A stretch of DNA of 44,789 nucleotides from a virus (lineage: Duplodnaviria > Caudoviricetes), in the IMG/VR virus record IMGVR_UViG_3300048854_000124, positions 1 through 44,789 of that record. One strand, given 5' to 3'. Position numbers and translations under genes: made by a program. Below, one piece after another: positions 28,535 to 36,648 of this stretch (position 1 is its first letter; every line of letters starts with the position of its first letter). The notes under the pieces are model-generated. The model worked only from the letters and a program-made list of their open reading frames with translations, did not search any database and had not been told where the DNA came from.

Positions 28535-28816
28535 TTTGCTACAGATTTGCTACAGCAATGGTAGAAACCTATATCTGACAGGCTTTACACCTGACATTCC
28601 ACCCCCTGAACTACAGGGAGATGGATATCTTCAATGGGACGACCGAACGCTTGCTGCTATTGGCTCGGGCCTTATCCCGTGGGCCTTTCCGGCTTTTCTG
28701 CTTCACCCTAAATGAAGTGCCATGACAGCCCGTGAACCCCAGTTTATAGCAGTCTCTGCTACACTTTTGCTACAAATCGTCCCTGTAGCACCGAAAAGTG
28801 ATCTGGCACTGCTACA
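28535..28816. mobile_element. Putative attP with integrase arm-type sites
   Basis: TGCTACA at 28537, 28548, 28757, 28768 and 28810, inverted at 28784; these flank a candidate core near 28595-28620 directly upstream of the integrase. Confidence 0.7.
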
Positions 28817-28836
28817 GTTTCCGAACGGGGTCAAAC

Positions 28837-29934
28837 ATGGCTTCAATCCTGCCAGTCGGCAGTCGCTGGCGTGCCCAGGTACGCAAACGCGGCCAGAGTA
28901 TAGCAAAAACGTTCAAAACGAAAGGCGCGGCAACGGCATGGGCGCGCGAGAAGGAAGTCGAGATCGAGAATGGCGCGAATGCCGTCGACGCGGCCACTGT
29001 CACCATCGGCACGCTGGTCACGAAATACCGGGAGGCGCGCAGCGAATCCGGCCGCGCCGTCAAGCCGAAATCGAACGAGGATTACATCCTGCAGCGTCTG
29101 CAGGACAAGTTCGAAAGTGACTTTGCCTCGCGGCTGACCACGCAGCAGATCGTCAAATTTGCGCAGGAGCGCAAGACGGCCGGCGCCGGCGGCTACACCG
29201 TCGACATGGATATCTCGAAGCTGGGCACCGTTATGCGCCACATGGCGTCGCTGCTTGGCCTGACGCTGCCTGACGCGATTGGCGCGGCCCGCCCCACGCT
29301 GCACCATCTGCGCCTGATCGACGCCGGCGGCAAACGCGATCGCCGGCCCACTTCGGACGAGATCGAAAAAATCTTCGCATGGTTCGCCGAGCATCCGGAG
29401 CGCGAGCAGGCGATGCCCGATCTGCTGCGCGTCGCGATGCAGTGCGCGTTCCGCCGGGGTGAGCTGTTCAGCCTGCGCTGGGACGATATCGACGCGGAGA
29501 ATCACCTCGCGCTCGTGCGCGATCGCAAGCATCCCCGGCAGAAGGTTGGCAACAACGAGTGGATCCCGTTGATCGGTGACTCCTTCGAGGTCATCATGCG
29601 GCAACCGCGCTATCCGGTGCCGCCGGAATATGCTGAGAAGCGCGAGGCCGATCCGAAGACGCCGCCTCACAAGAACGAGTACATTTTCCGGTTTGACAAG
29701 GGCACCGCGAGCAAGTACTTCAAGCAGGCGTGCGATGCAAAAGGGATCGTGAATCTGCACCTGCACGATCTGCGACACGAAGCGACCAGTGCGCTATTCG
29801 AGGCAGGGTGGCAGATACCGGAGGTTGCTGCTGTGACGGGACACAAGGATTGGCGCAACCTGAAGCGTTATACGAACCTCGATCCGGCGACGGTTGCCAA
29901 AAAAGGGCGCCTGAAGCTGGTCAAAGTGGCTTGA
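28837..29934 (+). CDS. int: Tyrosine integrase
   Basis: AFRRGEL (R), HDLRHE (HxxR), TGHKDW (H) and LKRYT (Y); N-terminal arm-binding WRAQVR. Confidence 0.93.
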   Translation: MASILPVGSRWRAQVRKRGQSIAKTFKTKGAATAWAREKEVEIENGANAVDAATVTIGTLVTKYREARSESGRAVKPKSNEDYILQRLQDKFESDFASRLTTQQIVKFAQERKTAGAGGYTVDMDISKLGTVMRHMASLLGLTLPDAIGAARPTLHHLRLIDAGGKRDRRPTSDEIEKIFAWFAEHPEREQAMPDLLRVAMQCAFRRGELFSLRWDDIDAENHLALVRDRKHPRQKVGNNEWIPLIGDSFEVIMRQPRYPVPPEYAEKREADPKTPPHKNEYIFRFDKGTASKYFKQACDAKGIVNLHLHDLRHEATSALFEAGWQIPEVAAVTGHKDWRNLKRYTNLDPATVAKKGRLKLVKVA

Positions 29935-29989
29935 AAGCGATTGCCCTGCGAGGCTGTCAGCGTTTTTTATAAATTACCGGGGTCAGTGA

Positions 29990-30640
29990 GTGGCTAAATT
30001 CTATCCACCGCAATTTAAAGCGGAACACTTTCATTGCGTGCATTGCGGCGTTTTTTCGGCCCAATTCTGGCGTGAGTTTCTGTATCGTCAGATGACCAGC
30101 ACTGCCGGTCTCGCAGTACACCCAAAGCTTGATTATTGCGTCTGCAGCCACTGCAATGCGTGGTCGATCTGGTACGAGAAGCGCATGCTTGTTCCGTCAG
30201 AGGCGACCGTGCCGCCGGCGCATGAGGACTTTCCCGAGGAGGCGAAAGCTGACTATGACGAAGCACGCGATATCGTCGCTCGTTCGCCGAAAGCTGCTGC
30301 GGCGTTGTTGCGGCTTTGCCTTCAGAAGCTGATGCCCATTCTCGGCGAGAAAGGCGAAAACATTAACGCGGACATCAAATCACTTGTTCAAAAGGGCGTG
30401 CCGGATTTTGTACAGCAGGCACTCGATTTTTGTCGGGTGGTTGGTAACAACGCGGTGCATCCAGGGGAGATTGTGCTCGATGACTCCCCTGATGTTGCGA
30501 TCGCCCTGTTTGAGATGCTGAATGTGATCGTCGAGCAACGCGTCGCGATGCCCAAGAGAATTCAGGCGCAGTACGACGAATTGCCGGAGTCAGCCCGCAA
30601 GGCAATTGAAGCGCGCGACACAAGGGCAAAATCCGCGTAG
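29990..30640 (+). CDS. DUF4145 (HEPN-like) domain protein with N-terminal Zn ribbon
   Basis: CVHC and CSHC; SPKAAAALLRLCLQ; RVVGNNAVH (RxxxNxxxH). Confidence 0.8.
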   Translation: MAKFYPPQFKAEHFHCVHCGVFSAQFWREFLYRQMTSTAGLAVHPKLDYCVCSHCNAWSIWYEKRMLVPSEATVPPAHEDFPEEAKADYDEARDIVARSPKAAAALLRLCLQKLMPILGEKGENINADIKSLVQKGVPDFVQQALDFCRVVGNNAVHPGEIVLDDSPDVAIALFEMLNVIVEQRVAMPKRIQAQYDELPESARKAIEARDTRAKSA

Positions 30641-30668
30641 CGATCTAGCGACGGTCTGCGCTTTGCGC

Positions 30669-30971
30669 TCAGGCAGGCTGATGGTCTCTGAGCCAGTCGC
30701 GCAGCGCATCATTCATGCGCGTCTGCCAGCCATCGCCTGTTGCCTTGAAGGCTTCAACAATGTCGGCGTCGTAGCGAACCGACAAAAGTACCTTTGGTGA
30801 CTCCGATCGCGGTCGGCCACGGCCACCAACGCGCTTCATTTTCCTGAAAACTTCGTCCGGCACCTCGTAGGTGTCCGGGTCTGCGGCAACGCCGCGGTTG
30901 ATTGCCTCGTTTTCTTCGGCAGTCGGCACCTCGAGCACGCGGCCCGACCGTGTCTTAATCGTATTGCGCAT
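30669..30971 (-). CDS. brnA: BrnA family antitoxin
   Basis: GRPRSESPKVLLSVRYDADIVEAFKATGDGWQTRMNDALR. Confidence 0.88.
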   Translation of the reverse strand: MRNTIKTRSGRVLEVPTAEENEAINRGVAADPDTYEVPDEVFRKMKRVGGRGRPRSESPKVLLSVRYDADIVEAFKATGDGWQTRMNDALRDWLRDHQPA

Positions 30972-31223
30972 AGTTGCGTACCTCCCGGTGTTGGCCATGC
31001 GAAGGCTAATGACATGCATTACGTCGCCACGCTGCGTGAAAACTACGCAGTAGAGCCGCGTTCCGATCAGCGCAAAACCGACCTCGCGCACTTCCATGTA
31101 ATCGCGACGCGTATCAACGTAGGACATGACCCTGACCAATCAATCATTTCTGCCAATTCGAGCGACACGCTATGCTTTGCGCATGTTTGCGTCGTCTTTT
31201 GCAGAGTCATAAGTGATGTCCAT
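30955..31223 (-). pseudogene. brnT: BrnT family toxin disrupted by about three single-base indels
   Basis: Fragments MDITYDSAKDDAN / KHSVSLELAEMIDW / DTRRDYMEVR...VVFTQRG...ISLR / REVRNY lie in different frames. Confidence 0.75.
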
Positions 31224-31227
31224 GTGA

Positions 31228-31276
31228 TTAATCGTAGCTACAATTAATACGCTGGACAATGTTTATTGGTAGCTAC
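31228..31276. promoter_or_regulatory. Palindromic operator pair, probable brnTA autoregulation
   Basis: GTAGCTAC at 31234-31241 (inside TTAATCGTAGCTACAATTAA) and at 31269-31276. Confidence 0.55.
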
Positions 31277-31372
31277 GGTATTCTTCTGCGCGCACAAGAG
31301 GCCTTTTCCAGCGGCGAACGTCATTGCGGCGCGCTATCATCATCTGGCCAACGGCGAACAACGGGAGGCACG

Positions 31373-31846
31373 ATGAGCGAAGAGGCAGCCAACGAAAACG
31401 AGGCGCGGGCCGAGGCCGATACACCGCTTAAGACAGAGGCGACACTGGTGTATCCGCCCGTCGATTTCGTTTTGCAGCAACTGGTAACCAATACGAATAC
31501 GCTTGGTCATTCGTATTCCGTGACGTTGCAGGTAGGCGGCCTGCTCGTGACGGATTTGATGATTTCAGGTGCGGAGTATTTCAAGGCGATGGCCGAAATT
31601 TTTGAAGCACACATGGCCGATCCGGACGGAGCGAAAGTTTTCGCCGATTCTTGGCGCGAGGTGGGGTCGACGATCTACGGCAATCCCGAATACTCATCCG
31701 AACCCCCTTCATATATTCACCTGAAGAACGCCCGGTACGTGGCGCCGGGCGGAAAGGTCGCGCCGTCTGAGGAAGGTGTGCTCTGGCGGGGTCGTCTCAG
31801 TGAGGTCCAAGGCTTTAACATCGGGTCGTTGAACGTCAGAGTCTGA
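31373..31846 (+). CDS. GvpU-like hypothetical protein
   Basis: VTLQVGGLLV, ISGAEYF, YIHLKNARY and WRGRLSEVQGF; GGAGG RBS. Confidence 0.65.
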   Translation: MSEEAANENEARAEADTPLKTEATLVYPPVDFVLQQLVTNTNTLGHSYSVTLQVGGLLVTDLMISGAEYFKAMAEIFEAHMADPDGAKVFADSWREVGSTIYGNPEYSSEPPSYIHLKNARYVAPGGKVAPSEEGVLWRGRLSEVQGFNIGSLNVRV

Positions 31847-31852
31847 TCGCAG

Positions 31853-32086
31853 TCAAGCCGAAGCCCGCTCGCGCGCCTGCGCAGACATCCTGTCGAGATA
31901 GTCTGCGACGGCATCATAGGCGGCATAGCGGGCTGCGCCTTCCTTGTACGTCGGGATCGGAAACGTCTCGGCGCTAACCTGATTGCGAATTGTCCCTTCT
32001 GACATGGCCAGCAGCGTAGCGAGCTGCCCCATGGTCAAACGCGGACCGAATTTTTCGAGAATGTACGCGCGGGTAAGGAGGCTCAT
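31853..32086 (-). CDS. Excisionase / AlpA-like HTH protein
   Basis: 77 aa, LTMGQLATLLAMSEGTIRNQVSAETFPIP; last gene of the early-left operon. Confidence 0.7.
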   Translation of the reverse strand: MSLLTRAYILEKFGPRLTMGQLATLLAMSEGTIRNQVSAETFPIPTYKEGAARYAAYDAVADYLDRMSAQARERASA

Positions 32087-32094
32087 GGTGGCTC

Positions 32095-32508
32095 TCACGT
32101 TGACGGATGCAGCGCGCGGTCGAGCTGCATCAAACCGGTTTCGATAGACAGACGAGCCTGCTCGGCCCATGTGCGCGCTTCCTGCGCGGCTTCGTGCCGG
32201 CTATAGCTGCCGACCTCGTCGCAGATGACGTCGAGCAGGCCAATGTCGGCACCGTGTGCGACGTGCTTAACCAATTGGCGGAGCTCGAGACGGAGGGCTG
32301 TGATTCGCGCGAGGGTGGCCAGTCGGGAATCCGACTGGCCTTCGTCCGTCTGGATCGCTTCGGCGGGCGCGAGCCCGCTGCCGTTGACGTTGCCGCTTGA
32401 TGCAAGCGCCGGGACGGCGCCAGCGCGCGAAAGCCGGTGGCGTCTATCCGCTGCTTCCCGCTTACGCGGCAGCGGGCGTGGGGTGAAAGTGGCCGGGCGG
32501 ACCATCAT
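32095..32508 (-). CDS. Hypothetical phage protein
   Basis: ATGA coupling with the upstream ParB-like gene. Confidence 0.6.
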   Translation of the reverse strand: MMVRPATFTPRPLPRKREAADRRHRLSRAGAVPALASSGNVNGSGLAPAEAIQTDEGQSDSRLATLARITALRLELRQLVKHVAHGADIGLLDVICDEVGSYSRHEAAQEARTWAEQARLSIETGLMQLDRALHPST

Positions 32509-33785
32509 TGAACTCTCCCTCGAGCTAATTCTTCGGTCCAGTCGGGATCCGGCGCGATCCACAGTTTCTCCAGCCATGCGTGGATCGCCGGCATCTCTTT
32601 GGCGTTGCGAGTACTCCGCTGATCGAGCTGCTTTCGGAGCGACTGCACGGCACCGCGAATCGCCAGGCCGCGCGTTTTAAAGATTGTGGTGATTTCGCTC
32701 ATCTTGAGCGGGCCGGAAGCGTGGGACGAGCCGACTGTGTAGGACGTTGCAAAAATCCAGCTGCCTCCCTCGGGCTGAGCAAGACGAATTTCAATTGGAG
32801 ATTTGGCGCCGCGCTTCAGCGGAGGGCAACTCAAAGTCTCATGTGCGACGAAAACACCATGTTCGTTCGGCTGGTGAATCGGGTGCCGGGACCGCTTCGT
32901 TGAAACCGCGTCGAGCAGATCTGCGAGAGGTGATAATGCCGCGTGCACACCCGCAATAGTCCCCGGCGAAAGCTTGCCAAATATCGGATCATGAAGGACC
33001 GACTGCAGCGCCTGCAAAAGTTGCTTTGCCTGCACTTCGGTGATCTGCTTTGCAATGGGCTTCGGTGCGGCTGCGGCCAGCACCTTCGCAGTCACCTTGG
33101 TCTTTCCCGATTCCTTTGCCTTCGACGCAGCGGTTTGCAGACGCTCTAACGCTTTCTCTCCACCGTGTGCGCGCACTTCCTCGATAGCCAGTGTCGACGC
33201 GACGACCTTGTCTCGAATCAGCTTGTGCAGAGCGACGGGCGCATTGGCGAGTAGCAGGACGTCTCTGATCGTCTGGTCAGTAACGTTGAGGCGTTTGCAG
33301 ATCGTCGCGTTTGCTTCACCGAGCGCCTGCAGTTCGATGACCTTCTCGGCGAGTTGCAGCGGCGTCAGTTTCTCGCCATCGTTTGTATTAATGCCGGCGT
33401 AGATCAGGTTGACGCGACTGACCGACTTGGCTTCGTCGATGACGACGGGGAGTCGGTCGATTGGCGCACCTTCCTCGATCGCGAGCAATGCGGCGTGGAA
33501 GCGGTGCTGGCCGGCGTAGACGAAGATTCGATCTTCGCCGCCGACCTTGCGGACGAAACAGCCAATCGGCTGTTTACGATCGTATCCGTTTGCTTTGATG
33601 AGTTCTGCGAGATGGCGGACACGGTCCTGATCGAGCGGGCGTACGTTGTCGCGCGGGTCAAAATGAATCTCGCTCGGCGGTACGGTCCACAGGTCAGAAG
33701 ATCCACCGCCGGCGGCCTTAACTGCGGCCTTCGTGTTGCCAGTGACGATCATTGCGTCGAGAACGAGCGGGCTGGTCCTAGCCAT
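32505..33785 (-). CDS. ParB-like protein (ParB/Srx N-terminal domain, HTH, C-terminal extension)
   Basis: DNVR, YAGQHRFHA (GxxR motif), NDGEKLTPLQLA and HTH ICKRLNVTDQTIRD; GGAGG RBS. Confidence 0.8.
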   Translation of the reverse strand: MARTSPLVLDAMIVTGNTKAAVKAAGGGSSDLWTVPPSEIHFDPRDNVRPLDQDRVRHLAELIKANGYDRKQPIGCFVRKVGGEDRIFVYAGQHRFHAALLAIEEGAPIDRLPVVIDEAKSVSRVNLIYAGINTNDGEKLTPLQLAEKVIELQALGEANATICKRLNVTDQTIRDVLLLANAPVALHKLIRDKVVASTLAIEEVRAHGGEKALERLQTAASKAKESGKTKVTAKVLAAAAPKPIAKQITEVQAKQLLQALQSVLHDPIFGKLSPGTIAGVHAALSPLADLLDAVSTKRSRHPIHQPNEHGVFVAHETLSCPPLKRGAKSPIEIRLAQPEGGSWIFATSYTVGSSHASGPLKMSEITTIFKTRGLAIRGAVQSLRKQLDQRSTRNAKEMPAIHAWLEKLWIAPDPDWTEELARGRVQ

Positions 33786-34092
33786 GATTCGCCTCCAGCG
33801 TGGACTGGATTCCACCGACATCGGCAAACGTGGCATCCGGGGCATAGTGAAACAACGTGCCGTCAAACGGAGCGATAGTCAGGCCGGCGAGCCAGTACAC
33901 GAGCCGTTCGTCCGAGCGTCGGATGGCTTGGCGCACGACCGTACCTCGCACCAGCATGTGTAGATCGAGACGGAGCGCATGTCGATCGGCATGTGGCAAT
34001 GCGGCCTCGACATTGTCGATCGTCAGCGGTTCACGCTGGCCAGCTAAAAATGCGATCAACGCTTTGCAGATTGGAGAGAGGTCATTGCGCAT
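33778..34092 (-). CDS. Hypothetical winged-helix-like protein
   Basis: 104 aa; overlaps its neighbours in the early-left operon. Confidence 0.55.
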   Translation of the reverse strand: MRNDLSPICKALIAFLAGQREPLTIDNVEAALPHADRHALRLDLHMLVRGTVVRQAIRRSDERLVYWLAGLTIAPFDGTLFHYAPDATFADVGGIQSTLEANHG

Positions 34093-34327
34093 GACGACTC
34101 CCGAAAAGTCTCACCGACCATGCGAGCAGAAGCGGCCGTGCGAAGCACAAAGCACAGAATCCCGCGATCGCGACAACGATGAGCTTGCCGGCTGACACAC
34201 CAGCGAACAGCCACAGAATTGCGTCGACCAGACCGAGGACAAAGCCGATGCGTCGTTGCTGAGCATGGCCGGTAAGAAACCACACGGCACAGCATGTGGT
34301 GATGGCGACGAGGAGGGCGAAGGTCAC
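34082..34327 (-). CDS. Small membrane protein
   Basis: 81 aa with three hydrophobic stretches; coupled to neighbours. Confidence 0.55.
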   Translation of the reverse strand: MTFALLVAITTCCAVWFLTGHAQQRRIGFVLGLVDAILWLFAGVSAGKLIVVAIAGFCALCFARPLLLAWSVRLFGSRHAQ

Positions 34328-34671
34328 GCAGCCTCCTTCACGCGCAGTGCGCGCGGCTTGCGCTTTTTCGCCTTGGCAATCGTCGTTGCGGCAATTGAGT
34401 CGGCCCGCTTGCGAAGATTTTTCTTGATCGCCGTCGCGCAGTCGTCCTCGTTCGGATAGGAGATCGAAGTTCCGACGACATCCGTGCCGTCGAGGATCAT
34501 GTAAAGCGTGTGCACGCTGTCAGCAAGCGGTCTCCGTGCGACAACATACTTTCCGACCATGACCGGCGTTGTGGGACGCGGTGCCATCGGATCGTAGTGG
34601 AATGTCGAGCGTAGACCGATGGTGTCGCGCCGTGTGGGCTCCGGCGGAGCGTTGAGTTTTGCTCTTGGCAT
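34324..34671 (-). CDS. Hypothetical phage protein
   Basis: 115 aa with a basic C-terminus; operon context. Confidence 0.6.
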   Translation of the reverse strand: MPRAKLNAPPEPTRRDTIGLRSTFHYDPMAPRPTTPVMVGKYVVARRPLADSVHTLYMILDGTDVVGTSISYPNEDDCATAIKKNLRKRADSIAATTIAKAKKRKPRALRVKEAA

Positions 34672-34677
34672 GTGGCG

Positions 34678-34881
34678 TTAGTCCGTATCGCCAGCGGCAA
34701 GACGCTTGCCGTCCAGCGTTGGTTGTTTGGGCTGCGCTTGTTTTTTCCTGAGCTCGGCACAATTGGCGAGGCAGATTCGAAGCGCGGGATTGGTGATCGC
34801 GTCGATGGCGGAGCCGGCCAGATGGCGGAGGCGGTGTTCCCGAGCGATGTCGGCATCGGTCACGGGGAATCGCCGAGTCAT
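34678..34881 (-). CDS. Hypothetical phage protein
   Basis: 67 aa ending DGKRLAAGD; operon context. Confidence 0.6.
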   Translation of the reverse strand: MTRRFPVTDADIAREHRLRHLAGSAIDAITNPALRICLANCAELRKKQAQPKQPTLDGKRLAAGDTD

Positions 34882-34888
34882 CGAGCGG

Positions 34889-35095
34889 CTACACCGTGGC
34901 GCGGACGGGAGCGTGTGTCAGCGCCGTCGATGGCGAAACCGGGATATTGATCACGATCACGATGAATGCGGCGACGAATACGCCGCGCCAAACGGCAGAG
35001 TTCTCAAAGTCACTTTGCGATCGTGTCTGGCATTTCTGCATTTCGCAAAGCCAGGCTTGACGAGCTCGTCTGGCTTGATCGGGTAGGGAATCCAT
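34889..35095 (-). CDS. Hypothetical first gene of the early-left operon
   Basis: GGAG RBS downstream of the PL-like promoter; one TM segment. Confidence 0.5.
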   Translation of the reverse strand: MDSLPDQARRARQAWLCEMQKCQTRSQSDFENSAVWRGVFVAAFIVIVINIPVSPSTALTHAPVRATV

Positions 35096-35141
35096 GTGAT
35101 CTCCGCAATGAGACGCGCCGGAATGGCGGGCTTCGGATTCA

Positions 35142-35254
35142 AGTATCCCCGCAAGGATATTTAATGTCAATCCCCAAAGGGATATCCATGCCCGGAGGGA
35201 CCGCGGATTGGGCGTTTTGCCTTTGAATTTTTTCTGAAAATACCCGCTCGGGGA
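35142..35254 (-). promoter_or_regulatory. PL-like promoter with OL operators
   Basis: TTGACA (35170-35165)-17 bp-GATACT (35147-35142); ATCC-N6-GGAT-type palindromes at 35145, 35170 and 35241. Confidence 0.75.
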
Positions 35255-35260
35255 TTGTGC

Positions 35261-35746
35261 TTACCCGGTTGGGCTTCCCCGGCGGAGCAGCCAGTTGACG
35301 GACAATTGGCCGGCGATCATCAGGAGGCTGTCCAGCCAGGCGAGATCATTCAGGTATGTTGCTGCCATAAACCCGATGGCTACGAGCGGGGCAAGTTTCG
35401 CTATGCCTCGCTGATTCCGCCGCCCACGGCTTGGCGAGCTGCCGTGGTTCCGCAGGATTGCCGATAGTCGATCTAAGGAATCCGCCAGTGGGATGGCGAA
35501 GTCTCTTTCGATGCCTTGGGTGGAGAATTCGATGGTCCCGTCAGGTAGGACTATGGCGAGAGCATAGGCAACGGGGGCAGCGGGATTGCCCGTGCGCGTG
35601 AGACCCGTCAGGGCGTCGCGCACAGCGCGTTGGCGAGAGGCGACGTTTTGCGCGTCAGGTGAAATTGCGGAATCGGGAAAGTGGAGAACTTTACCTGACG
35701 CGTTTGCGGCCTCGATGCCCCGGAACGGCTTGGTCGTGGTTTTCAT
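35261..35746 (-). CDS. Hypothetical membrane-anchored protein downstream of the repressor
   Basis: 161 aa; C-terminal hydrophobic segments; overlaps the 3' end of the repressor gene. Confidence 0.6.
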   Translation of the reverse strand: MKTTTKPFRGIEAANASGKVLHFPDSAISPDAQNVASRQRAVRDALTGLTRTGNPAAPVAYALAIVLPDGTIEFSTQGIERDFAIPLADSLDRLSAILRNHGSSPSRGRRNQRGIAKLAPLVAIGFMAATYLNDLAWLDSLLMIAGQLSVNWLLRRGSPTG

Positions 35747-36191
35747 TGATGCTCAACGAGTCTTTGGAAATTGGACGTTGAGCGGCTTGGCGATTGCGAT
35801 CTTCCTGGTCTTTGGATTGTGTCAGCTTTTGAGAAATCGAAAGCGTCTCGCTGCTTGTCAGGTCGGGCTGGGCCATGACGAAGTCGATGTAGCTTTGGAT
35901 TTTTGCCCGCTCGGTTGCGGGTAATTTCGCGAACCGCTCTCTGTCGATCTGCAGCTCCGGGCTCGCGTCCGCATCATCCAGCAAACGGCCTGGCTCAACC
36001 CCAATCGCGATTGCCAAAGCTGCCACGATGCCTATCTGCGTATCTACATTGCCCGCTAAAACACGTGCGACGGAACTCTGTGAAATGCCGGCTCTGTTGG
36101 CCAGCTTTGTCTGGGTGTCGACGGCCGGGTTCCGGCTCATGTGAGCTCGCACGTTTGCCGCCAACACTTCCCTGATTGGTTTCCTTTTCAT
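35691..36191 (-). CDS. CI-like Xre HTH repressor with no S24 peptidase domain
   Basis: TQTKLANRAGISQSSVARVLAG HTH; divergent from the cro-like gene. Start could be 36203. Confidence 0.8.
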   Translation of the reverse strand: MKRKPIREVLAANVRAHMSRNPAVDTQTKLANRAGISQSSVARVLAGNVDTQIGIVAALAIAIGVEPGRLLDDADASPELQIDRERFAKLPATERAKIQSYIDFVMAQPDLTSSETLSISQKLTQSKDQEDRNRQAAQRPISKDSLSINENHDQAVPGHRGRKRVR

Positions 36192-36216
36192 AGGGCCAAT
36201 CATGCCGAATACGGAT

Positions 36217-36279
36217 ACCCCTCGCGGGATATTTGACGGCGACGCTACTCTTGAGTAAATATCCCTAAAAGGATATGAT
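36217..36279 (+). promoter_or_regulatory. PR-like promoter with OR operators
   Basis: TTGAGT (36251)-17 bp-TATGAT (36274); ATATCC-N6-GGATAT at 36259-36276 between the hexamers and a second site at 36217-36230. Confidence 0.78.
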
Positions 36280-36310
36280 CGCGTCGATCTCATTGTTTGA
36301 GGAATGAAAG

Positions 36311-36538
36311 ATGGCTCAGGAAAAAATGCTCGACGCCGTCCTGCGACAGTTGGCCGAAACACGCGGCACCTGGCCGGAAATCTCGGAGCGCAGCGGTGTG
36401 CCGTACCAGACGCTAACGAAGATTGCCTGTCGCATCCACGCAGATCCGCGCGTCTCCACCGTACAGAGTCTGTTCGACTACTTCGCGGGTCGGCCGGAGC
36501 ATCCGTCGACGACTGAAAGCTCTCACGCGCCCTACTGA
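36311..36538 (+). CDS. Cro-like HTH regulator
   Basis: WPEISERSGVPYQTLTKIA; first gene after PR. Confidence 0.8.
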   Translation: MAQEKMLDAVLRQLAETRGTWPEISERSGVPYQTLTKIACRIHADPRVSTVQSLFDYFAGRPEHPSTTESSHAPY

Positions 36539-36648
36539 CATTTTTTGCGGGTATGTCGCGAAGAGGCGCGGAAGCCTGCATGGTACGAGAGCCTTTCATC
36601 GGTAAACAGTATGGAAAGCCACATTTCTAAAGAGAAACCGGAGGGCCT

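Noticed and set aside
28545-28620. Functional tRNA gene on the minus strand
   Set aside because: Only an acceptor 5' strand, a D-arm and a weak anticodon-like stem are present. There is no TTC T-loop, matching 3' acceptor strand or CCA.
30669-31139. 156-aa ORF as a genuine toxin-antitoxin fusion
   Set aside because: It is better explained by frameshifts in brnT. brnA has its own ATG and GGAGG RBS at 30971.
31373-31846. Gas vesicle function
   Set aside because: No gvpA or other gvp genes are present.
35691-36599. 302-aa repressor
   Set aside because: The N-terminal extension runs antisense through cro and the OR/PR region. The HTH protein starts near 36191-36203.
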